Shown here piece after piece: positions 12,763 through 25,729 of a stretch of 64,000 bases of DNA (position 1 is the first letter of the stretch; each line of letters starts with the position of its first letter). Made by a program: the position numbers and the translations under genes. The notes beneath the pieces were generated by a model. That model had not been told where the DNA came from and made no database searches. It was given only the letters and a program-made list of their open reading frames with translations. This DNA is from Lytechinus pictus (Eukaryota): contig NC_087255.1 of assembly GCF_037042905.1 (NCBI RefSeq), positions 17,856,001 through 17,920,000 of the forward strand, read 5' to 3'.

Positions 12763-13659
12763 ACTAGCGATTTAAAAATAAACAGAATTTATTTTTCTAT
12801 GAAAAGGTTTTTAGCACAATAACTTCACAGAAATTATTTACTTCTGCGTTGAATTAAATCCAAATTATTATACAGAATTTTGTGTGCAAGAAAGTAACAA
12901 TTTTGTATTATTTTCAAATTGTCAATATTATTGGTGGGGAATTAATTTGTTTGCCGGACTTTGCCCCAATTTTTTCATTAGCGGGCGATTCCACTCTTCT
13001 ATTTCATCTTTGCCTTTCTCTTCATATTTTTATTCCTCGATCTTTTACCCCTTCCTTCTGTTTCTTCTTTTTTTCAATTCTTTGATGTTGCATGATTCGG
13101 CTTTATACAAATAAGTTAGGCCTATGCCACCCCCCCCCCCCCCCCCCGTCAGTACTTGTGTACTCGACGCGAAAGGGCAGTATATCATATAGCCGTAACC
13201 AATAAATATGAATTAGTCTATAAGATTGACGGTATAATAGGTTGTTGTTGTTTTTTTTTTTTCAATATTCATGGCGACACGAATCATCAGGATATAACAT
13301 AATTTCCGACCCATCGATCAGCTTGATTGGTGTGGTTCCTGGACGAATGTCGCCCCCTTTTTATTGAAAATCAAGACAAGACTGAAAAAATATGTCCAAG
13401 ATTTGTTAACTAAAGTCTGATTTAGACCTTCCAAAACAGCCGGACGCATAAAACATTAATCTCGGCCCACTGTTCATCATCTTCCTCCGCTCACTTTCTC
13501 CATTCTTCTGTCAGTCTCTCTGTTTCTTCCTCCATTCATTTAAATTTTCGTTTGAACCTAAGTAGGCCTAAAATTTGTACTAATCAAGGTTTTTTTTAAA
13601 GATGATGCAAGAAGTATTGTTATACCGAGGTTATGTTATACCGAGGTTTTTTACCTGAC

Positions 13660-13843
13660 TGCTAAGAAAGCACGAATGCCTGTGAGCAAGCAACCAGGGG
13701 ACCAACGGCTTAAGGTCCTCTCCGAGGGACCTGGTAATGAGGATAAATGCCTTACCAAAGGGCACTAGCGCACCAATTGGGAATCGAACCCGGGTCACCT
13801 GAATCCGAAACCCCCGCTCTACCGACTGAGCTATCGCGCCTCC
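13660..13843 (-). mobile_element. tRNA-derived SINE
   Basis: Minus strand GGAGGCGCGATAGCTCAGTCGGTAGAGCG (A box)...GGTTCGATTCCC (B box), then a non-tRNA body GTGCCCTTTGGTAAGGCATTTATCC; no closing acceptor stem. Degenerate sister at ~27508-27605. Confidence 0.8.
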
Positions 13844-15596
13844 TTTCCTTGCCTTTGAACCCGTTTTGTTTCAATTTTGAAGAGTAAGCTAAATAGCCTG
13901 TATGGCATTTTGCCATTTGCAATGGTCATGACCTTTTAAAGTTTTTTCCGTGGTCCGTTATTCTATTCGAAAATGGATTTTTTTTTTTTACTGCGTGCAA
14001 ATAATGGGAAATGTATGTCCATATACTGTGATATATACTATAAATCAAATAATGAAAAATAAAATGATCCATGCTATAAACAATATAGTCACAATACATA
14101 ATAAATACAAAATAACGATATGAGCATAAACTTCACTTTTTAATAATGACAAAAGCGTTAAAATAAACGCAAGAGACCACCATCGTGAGCTGTTATTTGA
14201 AATTGATGGCGGCCTTATAAAAAAAATAGGTAAATACAAACAAATACAAATTTGAAACAAAAACAACGGCGAACTATGAAATAAAATGTGAATTGCCTGA
14301 TCATTTTTTTTTTTTGGGGGGGGGCATAAAAGAATCATTAAGTTTGGATGTGCCGTTGGGGAGACATTGTCCTCCATAAGATGTTTCGGGAGAGAGATGT
14401 CCAAGATCGATCCTTCTGAACAAGATTTTTTTTTTGAATTGCAGAGTAGTGTTAATTAGGGGAAACGCAAAACATTTAAAAATGAAAACCAGTCGGCTTC
14501 CCGCTATAGAAGGGACTTAGGGGGTGTTTTTTACGAGAATGTTTTATATCACCTTTTTTTATTTGCATATACTTAAAGCTTTACTAGATGAATTTTTGAA
14601 TAATTTTTGCATCATTGGATAGCCTGCAATGTACTATTTTAATATGTGAAGAAAAAAAATCAGTAATCGTAAAAAAATTTTAACATTAGATCTGTCGGAC
14701 TTTTTTTCAAGCAAAAACATTAAGTCGGCGATTTAGCCATATGAACCAATATAGGTCTATATTTGTATTTAGTTCGAGTGGGTATCTCCTACCGTCCCCC
14801 TAAAAAATGGTACGTTATTTCAGAAGCATTCCGAAATGGCCTACAAAATATAGGTTTGTTGGAGCACTCAGAATAATCTAATTGCAAAGGAAAATAACTA
14901 TATATCTGGTACAGATTGATATCATCAGGCCCCCGTTTTTTTTGTCTCGCGGCACATACCTACTTCTCTTTTGGTCGAGTACCCCCCCGGCCATCAATTA
15001 CCCCCAGATAACCTCTCTCCCCTTCTCCCTTCGCTTCTCCACACTCTCCGTCTCTCTATATATTTCTCTCTCTCCCTCTCTCTCCCCCTCTCTCTATACT
15101 GTGATCAGCTAATATTCTGCATGTCTCGTATTGTTATATCATTGTTGACTTGTTCTCGTTTTGTTATCTCTGATAGGTCTGTTATTCTTCTTCTTGTATT
15201 GATTTTTTATTTGTTTTTGTATTGTTTTGTTATGTCATCTTGTGCTGTATTATAATTATTTTTTATCCCAACTTTTCATACTTGTGTTCTAGCTTTCTTG
15301 CATAATTTCGTATTTTCTTTGTTCGTTTAGGATAATTATTTAAAAAAATGTCATACAGGCTGGATTTGTGTAACCGGCACTCACTTTCCCACCATCAACC
15401 GTTCTGCGACCCTAGCTGTTATACTGCTTCATGCGATGTGGTTATTGTAAAACAGTTAACTGTTCAAATACAAAATTTCCAGCAGGTTCCATTTGTAATT
15501 GGATGTTTTGAGTTTTGTTAAACTACCGGTACCTTAATTTTTATTTTTTTTCTTGAAAATTTTAAATATTGATTTGAATTTTACATCCATCCAACA

Positions 15597-15692
15597 ATGA
15601 ATGAATGAACGAATCAATCAATGAATGAATGAATCAATCAATCAATGAATGAATCAATCAACCAACCAACCAACCAATCAATCAATCAATCA
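15597..15692. repeat. Compound tetranucleotide microsatellite (ATGA)n(ATCA)n(ACCA)n
   Basis: Seen directly, ~120 bp upstream of the PRKCSH ATG. Confidence 0.9.
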
Positions 15693-15727
15693 AAAAAAAA
15701 AATTTTATAGAGTCTGTCTTGCTTTAT

Positions 15728-15815
15728 AACGCAGATGGCGCTATGTAACAACTGCGTGTCATTCATGTGTGTGACTGAGCTGTGAGTTCTGTGTTCATAA
15801 TTTTTCGGGCTAAAA
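15728..15815 (+). promoter_or_regulatory. PRKCSH proximal promoter/5'UTR with CTCF-like motif
   Basis: AACGCAGATGGCGCTA at 15728-15743 matches CCAGCAGATGGCGCTA at 13/16 positions, ~75 bp before the ATG. Confidence 0.5.
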
Positions 15816-18800
15816 ATGGACGTAAGAACCGTAATATCCACCACGCTATTTGTGGCTTTGACCTTTTCCTTAGGTGTCTTGTGGATGTGTGATGCAACAA
15901 TTCGAGTCGAGAGACCAAGAGGAGTATCCCTTAGCAGTGAGTATGCCCAGCAATGTTCTGGATAAATTTACTGGTTCAGTCCCATACATGAAATTACGTG
16001 TCATGTCATTTGAGGTGATTGAGAATGAGATGAGAGTGAGACGAGATTGATCGAGATCGAGTAACATGACTGAACTTTGAGAGTCTTGGCCCTTGAGGTC
16101 TGAGTAAGGCTGAGCTGCAGCTAAAGCAGCTCACTGCTGAATGGGAGTGTGCATTCCAATCATGAACTCCACTCAAGCCTCCTTGGCTTCCCCCCCACAA
16201 TCTCGAGACCATGATATTTGCATTTGGCACAAGTCATAATGTAATTAAAATTCGAAGCGCAAAAAAAAATCAGAATGGTTTGAGTCTCTCTCATAGCCTT
16301 TGCGTCTTCATTCAATCAGTCATAGTGAATTCACGTGCTTGTGCACTCATTTTTACAGACATGACGGAGAAATAAATATTCGGTTTTAAAATAACACCAA
16401 GACAGTTCACGACAGTATCTCCCACCTGTTCCACTCATTCAATTAACAAGGTTATGATATAACGACCTGTTCAACAGATGTGTATGTTAAAAAAATTTGG
16501 AAAAGTGTAAGAAATCCACTCTTTTGTGGGGTAATTTATTTTAAAAATGGATGGCCACCATGCTTTTCACTTGTAATACATAAATATGCATGACATTGAG
16601 ATGGGGGAAGCCGGGATTCACTATGTATTTTTGTGTTTTTATTCATAGATGAACCTCTTTACAATAAGGAAAGCCAAGGTGAATATTTCACATGTATAGA
16701 TGGCTCAAAGAAGATACTCAGGTCTCAGATCAATGATGATTATTGTGACTGTCCAGACTCATCGGATGAACCAGGTACAGCATTAGTTTTCTTCATTTCT
16801 TTTTTTTTCCTTTTTCCTTTATATTCCATTTTTTATATACCCTATATATATATATATCAGTAGAGGCGCACGGCCAATATTGGAGACTGTCTCCAATGTG
16901 GGAGATTATCTCCCATATCAGAGACTTTTGTAAAGAATTTGGGTATCCAATTTCAGAGACAGTCTCCAGTTTTGGAGTCCAATTTCCTTTGTTTACATTT
17001 GCTGCAAAAGGATTACCTTGGCGGCAAATAAAAATGTAATAAGCAGATTCCTCATGAAAAATTACCCCTTTTCACCATCTACTTTTATTTTGATAAGGAA
17101 TTAATCAATCACACACAAAAAAAATGGGCTTCTGACCTCAGTGAGACAAAATTTTGGGTGGAAAAAATCATACTTTTGTTGGTGTTGTTTCTTTTGTCCT
17201 TTTGCAAAGCAAGTCTCCCATGTGGGAGATTGTCTCCCCTATTGGAGAGAGTCTCCCATATTGGCCGTGCGCCTCTACTGTATATTGGGTTCTTTCTTCC
17301 ATTTTCTTTTTGTTATTATTCATTTAATATTTATTTGTTTTAGTGAATCTTAAAACAAATTCAAGATAAAATTGCAATATTTTCATATTGGATCCGGTTT
17401 CTGTATTCCATTTTTTTTTTGGGGGGGGTACATTAAAAAAATGTGTTGTGTTTCTACTAGCACATGAATAATTTTTTATTGTATATATAATATAAGTTTT
17501 TGTTTACCAGACAACATGTTACTTTCAATTGAAGCAATATGACTAAACTCTTCTTCAAGATAGAAAATACGCATTCTGATGCAAATACTTTTTAATAAGA
17601 TGTCATATACTCTTTGAAGGCCATTTTGAAGGGATGTCATCACAAAATGATGTCTCAATACTTAACCAGGATCTCAAGCTATTAGGACGCCAAATTGCCA
17701 ATTTTCAAATGAACTTTTTATTAATAGTGTCAGAACATAGTCTCAGATATTAACAAATATAAAGTTAAAGATGCTGTAAAAAGATTATTCCTTTACAATG
17801 TAATGTATTTCACAGAACATTTTTATTTGGTATTTTGTCTTTTTATTTGATGATGGATGTTTCATTGAATATTTATCCAAGAATCTCTTTGGAGGCCTCT
17901 CTAAATTCTTTGAATATGGTTTTCTTGTTTTTCATTTATTTATTTCTTTTTGTTGTCCAGGTACATCAGCTTGCCCAGATGGAAGATTCCATTGCAACAA
18001 CAGGGGGTACAGACCATACTACATTCCATCATCAAGAGTAAATGATGGTATTTGTGGTAAGAATAAAGAATACTTTGAAATACTGAGAATACATGTATGG
18101 TTTGTTTGCCAGAATTCTTGTGAATTTGTGCATGATATTATTTGTATGCTTCTACAGGTATTAAGGGCAGCAGGAGAAGAGCATTAAGTTTTCTTCAATT
18201 TGAAAGTGCCGGAGCGAATCTACATTGACTTTGGGGGGCAATAAACTACAATTTTTGTTTGCCAAAGAAAAAAAAAGCCAAATACTACCACCATAGAATT
18301 CACCTTTTTGATAATTTACTATTTAGGACTGTGATTTAGATGGAGAGTGAAATGAAGTATGCGATGTAATTGCCTTTAATACTCAGTTTTGTTTGCTTTT
18401 GGATCCCTTTATTTTGTTTACTTCATGTTCCCTGTTATTGTCTCCCTCTCCCTCTACACACGCAAACACTCTCCTCCCTCCCTCTGTCCGTCTGTCTGTC
18501 TCTCTGAGACGTTTTTCTTTCTATTTCTTTCCTTTGCCTTGCTGTTCTTCTCCTGTTTTTTTCTTACTTTATACTTACTTACTTACTCTTTCTTTCTTTC
18601 TTTTTTCTTTTTTTCTCCTTCCTTCCTTCTTTATCTCTTTCTCTTTCCTTCTCTCTTTTATTCAGATTGCTGTGATGCCTCTGATGAGTATGAGGGGCCT
18701 GGAGCAGGGAAGTGCATCAATAACTGCAAGGAGCTCGGAAAGAAAGACCTGGAGGAACGCAGACAACAGATGGTGCTCTTCAACCAAGGCTTTGATATCA

Positions 18801-21800
18801 GACAACAATACATCAAGGATGGCCTTGCAAAGAAAACAGAACGAGAGGTGTGTGTCATTCCATTTTAATAATGACCTGGGGCCCGTCTTACAAAGACATG
18901 GGATTGATCCAATCAATCGCATCTATGGAAAGCCAGCAAAGTCAACATATAAAATGCATGTTTGCCCAAAAAAATTTCTAAATATGAATGTATATCCATA
19001 AATTCATTGATTTCTTGACAATTTGGTGTGTTCTCCTTTGTTCACAAAGGACATTTTGCACATTTCCTGTAGAAAAAATTATGACACTGACGGATTTCCA
19101 TTAGAGTTACGATTGATTGGATCGTAAGACGGCCCAGATCACCAAACACTGGAAATTTGATTGCAATTAATAATATTCATGAAATCTGTTTTGTTGTTGA
19201 TGATCAGTCATACCAACAATGTACCCCAATTCAACAACGTGAACTCAGAAAAAGATCTTTTTCTTTTCTTTATATTATGAAATATCCAAATAAAGCCCAT
19301 GCATTACCATTGCATGAGTGCAATATATTATTTTGAATAAACGGAAGTAATATAGCCTGGATTATCCCCAGCACAAGAATTACCCTTTTTTCCACATAGG
19401 AGAGGGATATATTGTTTGAAAATAAAAATCAAACACAGGTTCATGATATACTTGCATCTTTCTTTTATTATTTCAGGGAGAATTGAAGAAACTGCAGACG
19501 GAGAAAGAAGAAGCACAGAAAATAGTTGATGAAAAGAGAAGTATGAATCTTGTTTCATGTATCACAAAACATATTCATTATTACTGTCAATATTTACCTT
19601 TTAATCAATAAAAGGCCACTCTATGATGCAGGGCAAGTCCAGATTAGAAAAATTATGAATTTAACTAATATTTAGAATATTTCTGCAGAAATTAATTTTA
19701 CACCCCCTCATAAAAGATCCTCTCCACTCACTCTATGCATTCTCCTGTAAAAAGTTGTTTGACTAGCGGAAAGAAAAGAAAAAAAAATCACCATTTACAG
19801 GATGCATGTTGCTGTCAAAATCTTTTTGACACATACCCCTCCGCTGGATCTGCACTGATCTTGAACTGAAAATAGATCACTAGTACACTCACCCTTTGTT
19901 TCAAAACTCACATTGTGATCTTCATGTCCCATTGATTAAAGGTAAATGAAAGTAGTTGCAGTAAACATGGATTTCATGAGAAAGTCTGTAAAACTAATGT
20001 TTATTTCTCGGTTTATCACCGTAGAAGATGTAGATCTAGATCTGGTACATTCACATAAACAGAACTTTGTGAAATTCTAAAATCTAAGCTGAAAAACCAT
20101 CACACTGTATTTAGCCAACACAGTTAAGCACATGTGGGGCAGTGTATTATTATTGCTTGGAAAAGACCTGACAAATCGTAAGAATGATATGCCTATTTTG
20201 CTAATTTCTCAGCAGTTACATGATTTCTTCCAGAAGCCTTTGCCACATATTTTGATACGCTCGTCTAGATGGGACGTATTATGGTATCACGCTCGGTGTC
20301 CGTCCGTCTGTCTGTCCATCCGTCCGTTAACTTTTCCTTGTAAACGCGATAACTTCAGTTTAATTCACCTAGGATCATATAATTTGGTGTGTATGATACT
20401 AGCATGGATCCCAGAAAGCCTATTGATTTTAAGGTCAAAAGGACAAAGGTCACAGTGACATGTTTTCATCTTACCCTTCTGAAGTCCTTGTCAACGCAAT
20501 AACTTCAGTTTGACTTAACCTAGGCTCATATAATTTGGTATGTATGATACTGGCATAGATCCCAGGAATTTTATTGATTTTGAAGTCAGAAGGTCAAAGA
20601 TGAAGTCGCCACCTTCCACTTTTCTTGCTTTACCAATAACTACATTTTCCGCGTTACAGACAGGCATATTATGTGCTCGCCTTAGCGACACTCTTGTTTA
20701 TTCCTACATACAGACAATTGGGTGGTCATTCTATCAGATTGTTTAGGAACGCATTTAGAAATCGTTACCAGACCTGTCATTTATCTTTAAACATCATTCA
20801 TCTTAAGACATTCATTTTGTTTCTAGCCATACCACAAAGGTAGCACACGCTACTGCTGTGTGAAGTAAGAGCTTGGATGCTGTGAAAAAAAAACCGCAGG
20901 ATCCCGCCTGGTCTGCCTGTGATTTTTGTTCACAGCAGCTGAGCTCTACTTCACACAGCAGTAGCGTGTGTTACACTTGTGGTATCGCTGGAAACAAAAT
21001 GAATGTCTTATTTCTTGTGTTGATCAACCAACAAATTGATCATTCCATTTGATCATTCATCTTTATACAGAGGTACGTGATGAAGCCGAAGGACCCGAGA
21101 CCGAGGCCAAGGATAAGCACAATGCAGCCTGGGAAGCCGAAGTAGCCGCTAAGAAAGCAGCAGAGGAAAGGCAGACAGCTCTCCAGGCTTTCAAGGAATT
21201 AGATATTGACTCTGATGGAAGGTATTAAAATACATCTGGGGGATGTTTCACAAAGATTTAAGTCTTGACTAAAAATTGTATGTAAATTCCCAATTGCTTG
21301 TGCGGGAATGCGTCATCGGATTTGCCATATCTTGCACATGGGTTGTATACCATCATGGAATAATCAATGTTATCGTATGTTGAATATCGGGTGCACGTCT
21401 GGCACTTACGCATGTATTTTAGTCAGACTTCGCTCATTGTGAAACACCCCTACTTATTTTAATGTTAAGGTTATTCACTGAAAGCTAGTTCTGAAAAAGA
21501 GTTATTTGTTTGTGTTTTTTTTTGCAGTTTTTGAAATGACTCAGTTGTAGTTCTGATGGATTATGTAATCAGTAATGCTCCCTCTCATTTTTATTGGAGA
21601 ATATAAATGTGTTCAATGCTTTCCAGGAACAAACTACTGAATTCAACAGATGAGAATATCTGTTAGTAGAGTGACCTTATGTGTGGATCTCCCTTGAGTA
21701 TTTTTTTTAATTGAACAGGGATTTGGTTTTATAGCATTCTTGGGAATAGCATTGATTCTGATAGATACCGGTACATTGTACATGTATGATGATCATCTTA

Positions 21801-24800
21801 TGTAAGAATCCACATGAGATAATTGTGAGCAGGAAAACTTTACACTTATGGGTTATAAGTAATGCTTTTTACACTTTTATACATGTATAATGCCTGATAC
21901 AATTATTTCTAACTGCTACATACAGGCCTCTACAAATTTTTTTTTTCGTCACTTGCCCTGTCGGGCAAGTGATGAACAAATTTGAATATAATTTTGATAT
22001 ACTGAATATTCTTCATTTTTTCAGTAATATCCAACTAAATCAAAACAATTTCAAGGTAATATGGAAAATAGATGGCCATTTCATGGATTTTTCCAAAATG
22101 TGAAATTTTAGCCACTTTGTGGCTTTTTTTTGGTGTGCATCGGCAAATTGCTCAAGTAGCGCATGCGCAGTCATTGCACACATAGAACGTAAGATGCGAT
22201 GGCACGGTGTTTCGAATGAGGTACCTGGCGATAATTTAATGGTAATTGGCGCTGATTTTACATCAGTTTCCACTGGTTTTTTTTAATGGTTTGACATAAT
22301 CTGAGAGATAGTTGTAATTATCCAAAAGATATTGAAATTTAGAGGGTCTACTGATATTTTATTTCCAAAACAACCACTTGCCCGATCGGGCAATTGACTT
22401 TGAGAAATGCTTGCCCGCACGTCATTTTCACTTGCCCCGGGCAAGCGGGTTTGTCGCGCCCTGCTACATATCATTCTGGCTTATGCACTGCTACCCTGTT
22501 GAGGTGCTCAAGCATTCAATAAAGTCATTCCTACTAGGTGTCCTATGTACTTTACCTGGGTTGAGAGTGACAAATATAGATAAATGACTTTCCAAAGAGA
22601 ACAAGTGCTGCAGCAGGTTTGATCCCCTTAAAATCTTTGTTTGAAGACAATTCCAGTATTCCAGTGTCCATAATGTTTGTTTTGTCATGGATAAATAAAT
22701 GTATCATTTTTATTTTGATTCTGCAGAATTGTCTTCCACGAGTTGACCAACAGATTGGAGTTTGATACGGATGCCAGTGGACATATCAATGAAGAAGAAG
22801 CTAAGGTAAAGAAAGCCAAAGTTATATTCTGTTTTTCATGTTTTCTGTGTTGACAAAAATTGTTTGTTTTGGTAAGGATGAATTTGACACAATCCATCAT
22901 TTTTTAAGTAAACCTTTGGAGTTTTTCATGAAGTGAACAGTCAGTAATATTACTTGCAAGAGCTCTAAGCCACCAAATTTATTCATCTGATTGGCTTATT
23001 AGAGCAAAACATATGACAAAGCAATGTGGAAAAGCAGAATATGTTTTTAAAAAGCTGTGAATTACTTTATATCATGTATGGATTGAGACTATCTATTGGT
23101 CTAATATGCACACTATTTGCAGTTGCAATTGTCGCTTTGCGAACATGTGCTAAATACTGCTAATGTTCCATTTACAATGTACATGTATATAAGTTGTGTT
23201 TTATTGAATTTTTATCTGTGGATTTTTGCTTAATTTGGGTAGATATTTTCGGTTTTGTGCCCTTATTTGTTTAAAATGTGAAAGTTTGTATTAATGAATT
23301 CCATGATTTTTGTCTCACCTGCATAGCAGAGTGAGACTATAGGCGCCGCTTTTCCGACGGCGGCGGCGGCGGCGGCGGCGGCGTCAACACCAAATCTTAA
23401 CCTGAGGTTAAGTTTTTGAAATGACAGCATAACTTAGAAAGTATATGGACCTAGTTCATGAAACTTGGCCATAAGGTTAATCAAGTATTACTGAACATCC
23501 TGCCTGAGTTTCATGTCACATGACCATGGTCAATGGTCATTTAGGGTCAATGAACTTAGACCATGTTGGGGGAATCAACATCAAAATCTTAACCTAAGGT
23601 TAAGTTTTTGAAATGTCATCATAACTTAGAAAATATATGGACCTAGTTCATGAAACTTATACATAAGGTTAATCAAGTATCACTGAACATCCTGCATGAG
23701 TTTCACGTCACATGACCAAGGTCAATGGTCATTTAGGGTCAATGAACTTTGGCCGAATTGGGGGTATCTGTAGATTTACCATCATAACTTTAAAAGTTTA
23801 TGGATCTGATTCATGAAACTTGGACATAATAGTAATCAAGTATTACTGAACATCCTGTGCAAGTTTCAGGTCACATGATCAAGGTCAAAGGTCATTTAGG
23901 GTCAATGAACTTTGGTCAAATTGGGGTATTTGTTGAATTACCGCCATAACTTTGAAAGTGTGTTGGTCTAGTTCATAAAACTTGGACATAAGAGTAATGA
24001 AGTATCACTGAACATCCTTTGCGCATTTTAGGTCACATGACCAAGGTCAAAGGTCAATGAACTTTGGCCATAATGGGGGTATCTGTTGAATTACCATCAT
24101 AACTTGGAAAGTTGATGGATCTTTCTCTTGAAACTTGGACATAAGAGTAATCAAGTATCACTGAACATCCTGTGCGAGTTTCAGGTCACATGATCAAGGT
24201 CAAAGGTCATGTAAGGTCAATGAACTTTGGCCACGTTGGGGGTATTTGTTGAATTACCATCATATCTCTATAAGTGTATGGGTCTAGTTCATAAAACGTG
24301 GAAATAAGAGTAACCAAGTATCACTGATCATCTTGTGCGAGTTATAGTAGTTTTCAAAATCAGCACTGCTGCTATATTGAATCGCGTGATGCAGGTGAGA
24401 CGGCCAGAGGCATTCCACTTGTTTACTCTTTTTTTGTATTGTAGAAGACTGGGTTAAATTTGTGCATTTAAAAAAGAAAATGCACTCCATAATTTCAAGT
24501 AAATGATGCCATGTGCGTAGAGTGTGAGCAGTATGTACTTGTAAATCATGTGCTAAACGGATGGAATTCAACTAAAATCCTGTTTTAAAAAGTTGGTAAA
24601 AGAAAGTTAAATAATAATTTGCAAATTTTGCATAGAATAGTAAAAGAAAATGCAACAAATTTCTTTAAAAGAACTGCAATTCTTTATAGTACATATACTT
24701 GAAGCAGGAAAGGACAGCGACCCATTGCTCATACATGTAGACATTCAATGAATAACCTTTGTAAGAATGCAAATATTTGTGAATAAAAGGTCGGTTGAGA

Positions 24801-25696
24801 ACAATCCATTCTTCGTTTCATTGTGTAAACTGGCTGGCCTAGTGGAGGGCTGGGTCAAGGGTCATCCTCTGCACATGTCTTTGATATTGATTCGCTCCAT
24901 ACGAATCAGTCTTATTTTATGGCACAATGTATTGAATAATTGGTTTGATTGTGTATCAAGTCAACTGACAATGGTACAGGGTGTATTTGCTTTTCATTTT
25001 CAATCTTGAAGTCAATAAAAGGAACAGCAGTGATCTCGATATTGTTTCCATCCCTTTTGCGCTGGTTTCTTTACTACACTATAATCAATATACAGGTACT
25101 CACATTCAGAATGTTGGTCTGTACCTATACCTTTTCCATTCTCTCCCCCCCCAAAAAAAAAAACAGAAGCAAAAAACATGTCAAACTAGTATATCATGAT
25201 TCATATACAAATGAGTAAAAATTATTAATTTGCTGCAGTTCAGCTGAATATCTTCACATGTTAAATTTTTCCACTTGACATAGTGAAATATGTCTTTTCT
25301 AAAAATAAATATGTCTTTTCTAAATATCTTTTCTAAAAATATGGTATCTTTTTGAAAATATAAAATAATCAAATTCATTCTCTATATTTTTTTTGTCTAT
25401 AAACTGATTATTTTGCATTAGAGAACATTATTGTTTGTTTGAACAACCTTTGCCATTCTTAAAGGTGTAAAGAATCAGGCAAAGAATGCAGGGCCTAAAT
25501 TGATTCCACAAATACATGTATATACATGAAACATGTAGCCCTTTAAAAAACTTCTTAGTGTATAGACTTTAATTTTTGAAGAATTTTATTCTCATGCTCA
25601 TCATTATTACAAAAAATCATGTGATTTTTTTTACACTTTCCTGCTTATTTATTGTATGCATGTTTCTCTTGCTGCCTCCACCCCCTCCTCTGTCTT

Positions 25697-25729
<33 letters not shown>

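Noticed and set aside
13770-13843. Functional tRNA gene
   Set aside because: A and B boxes present, but no closing acceptor stem and it continues into a SINE body with a second copy in the window.
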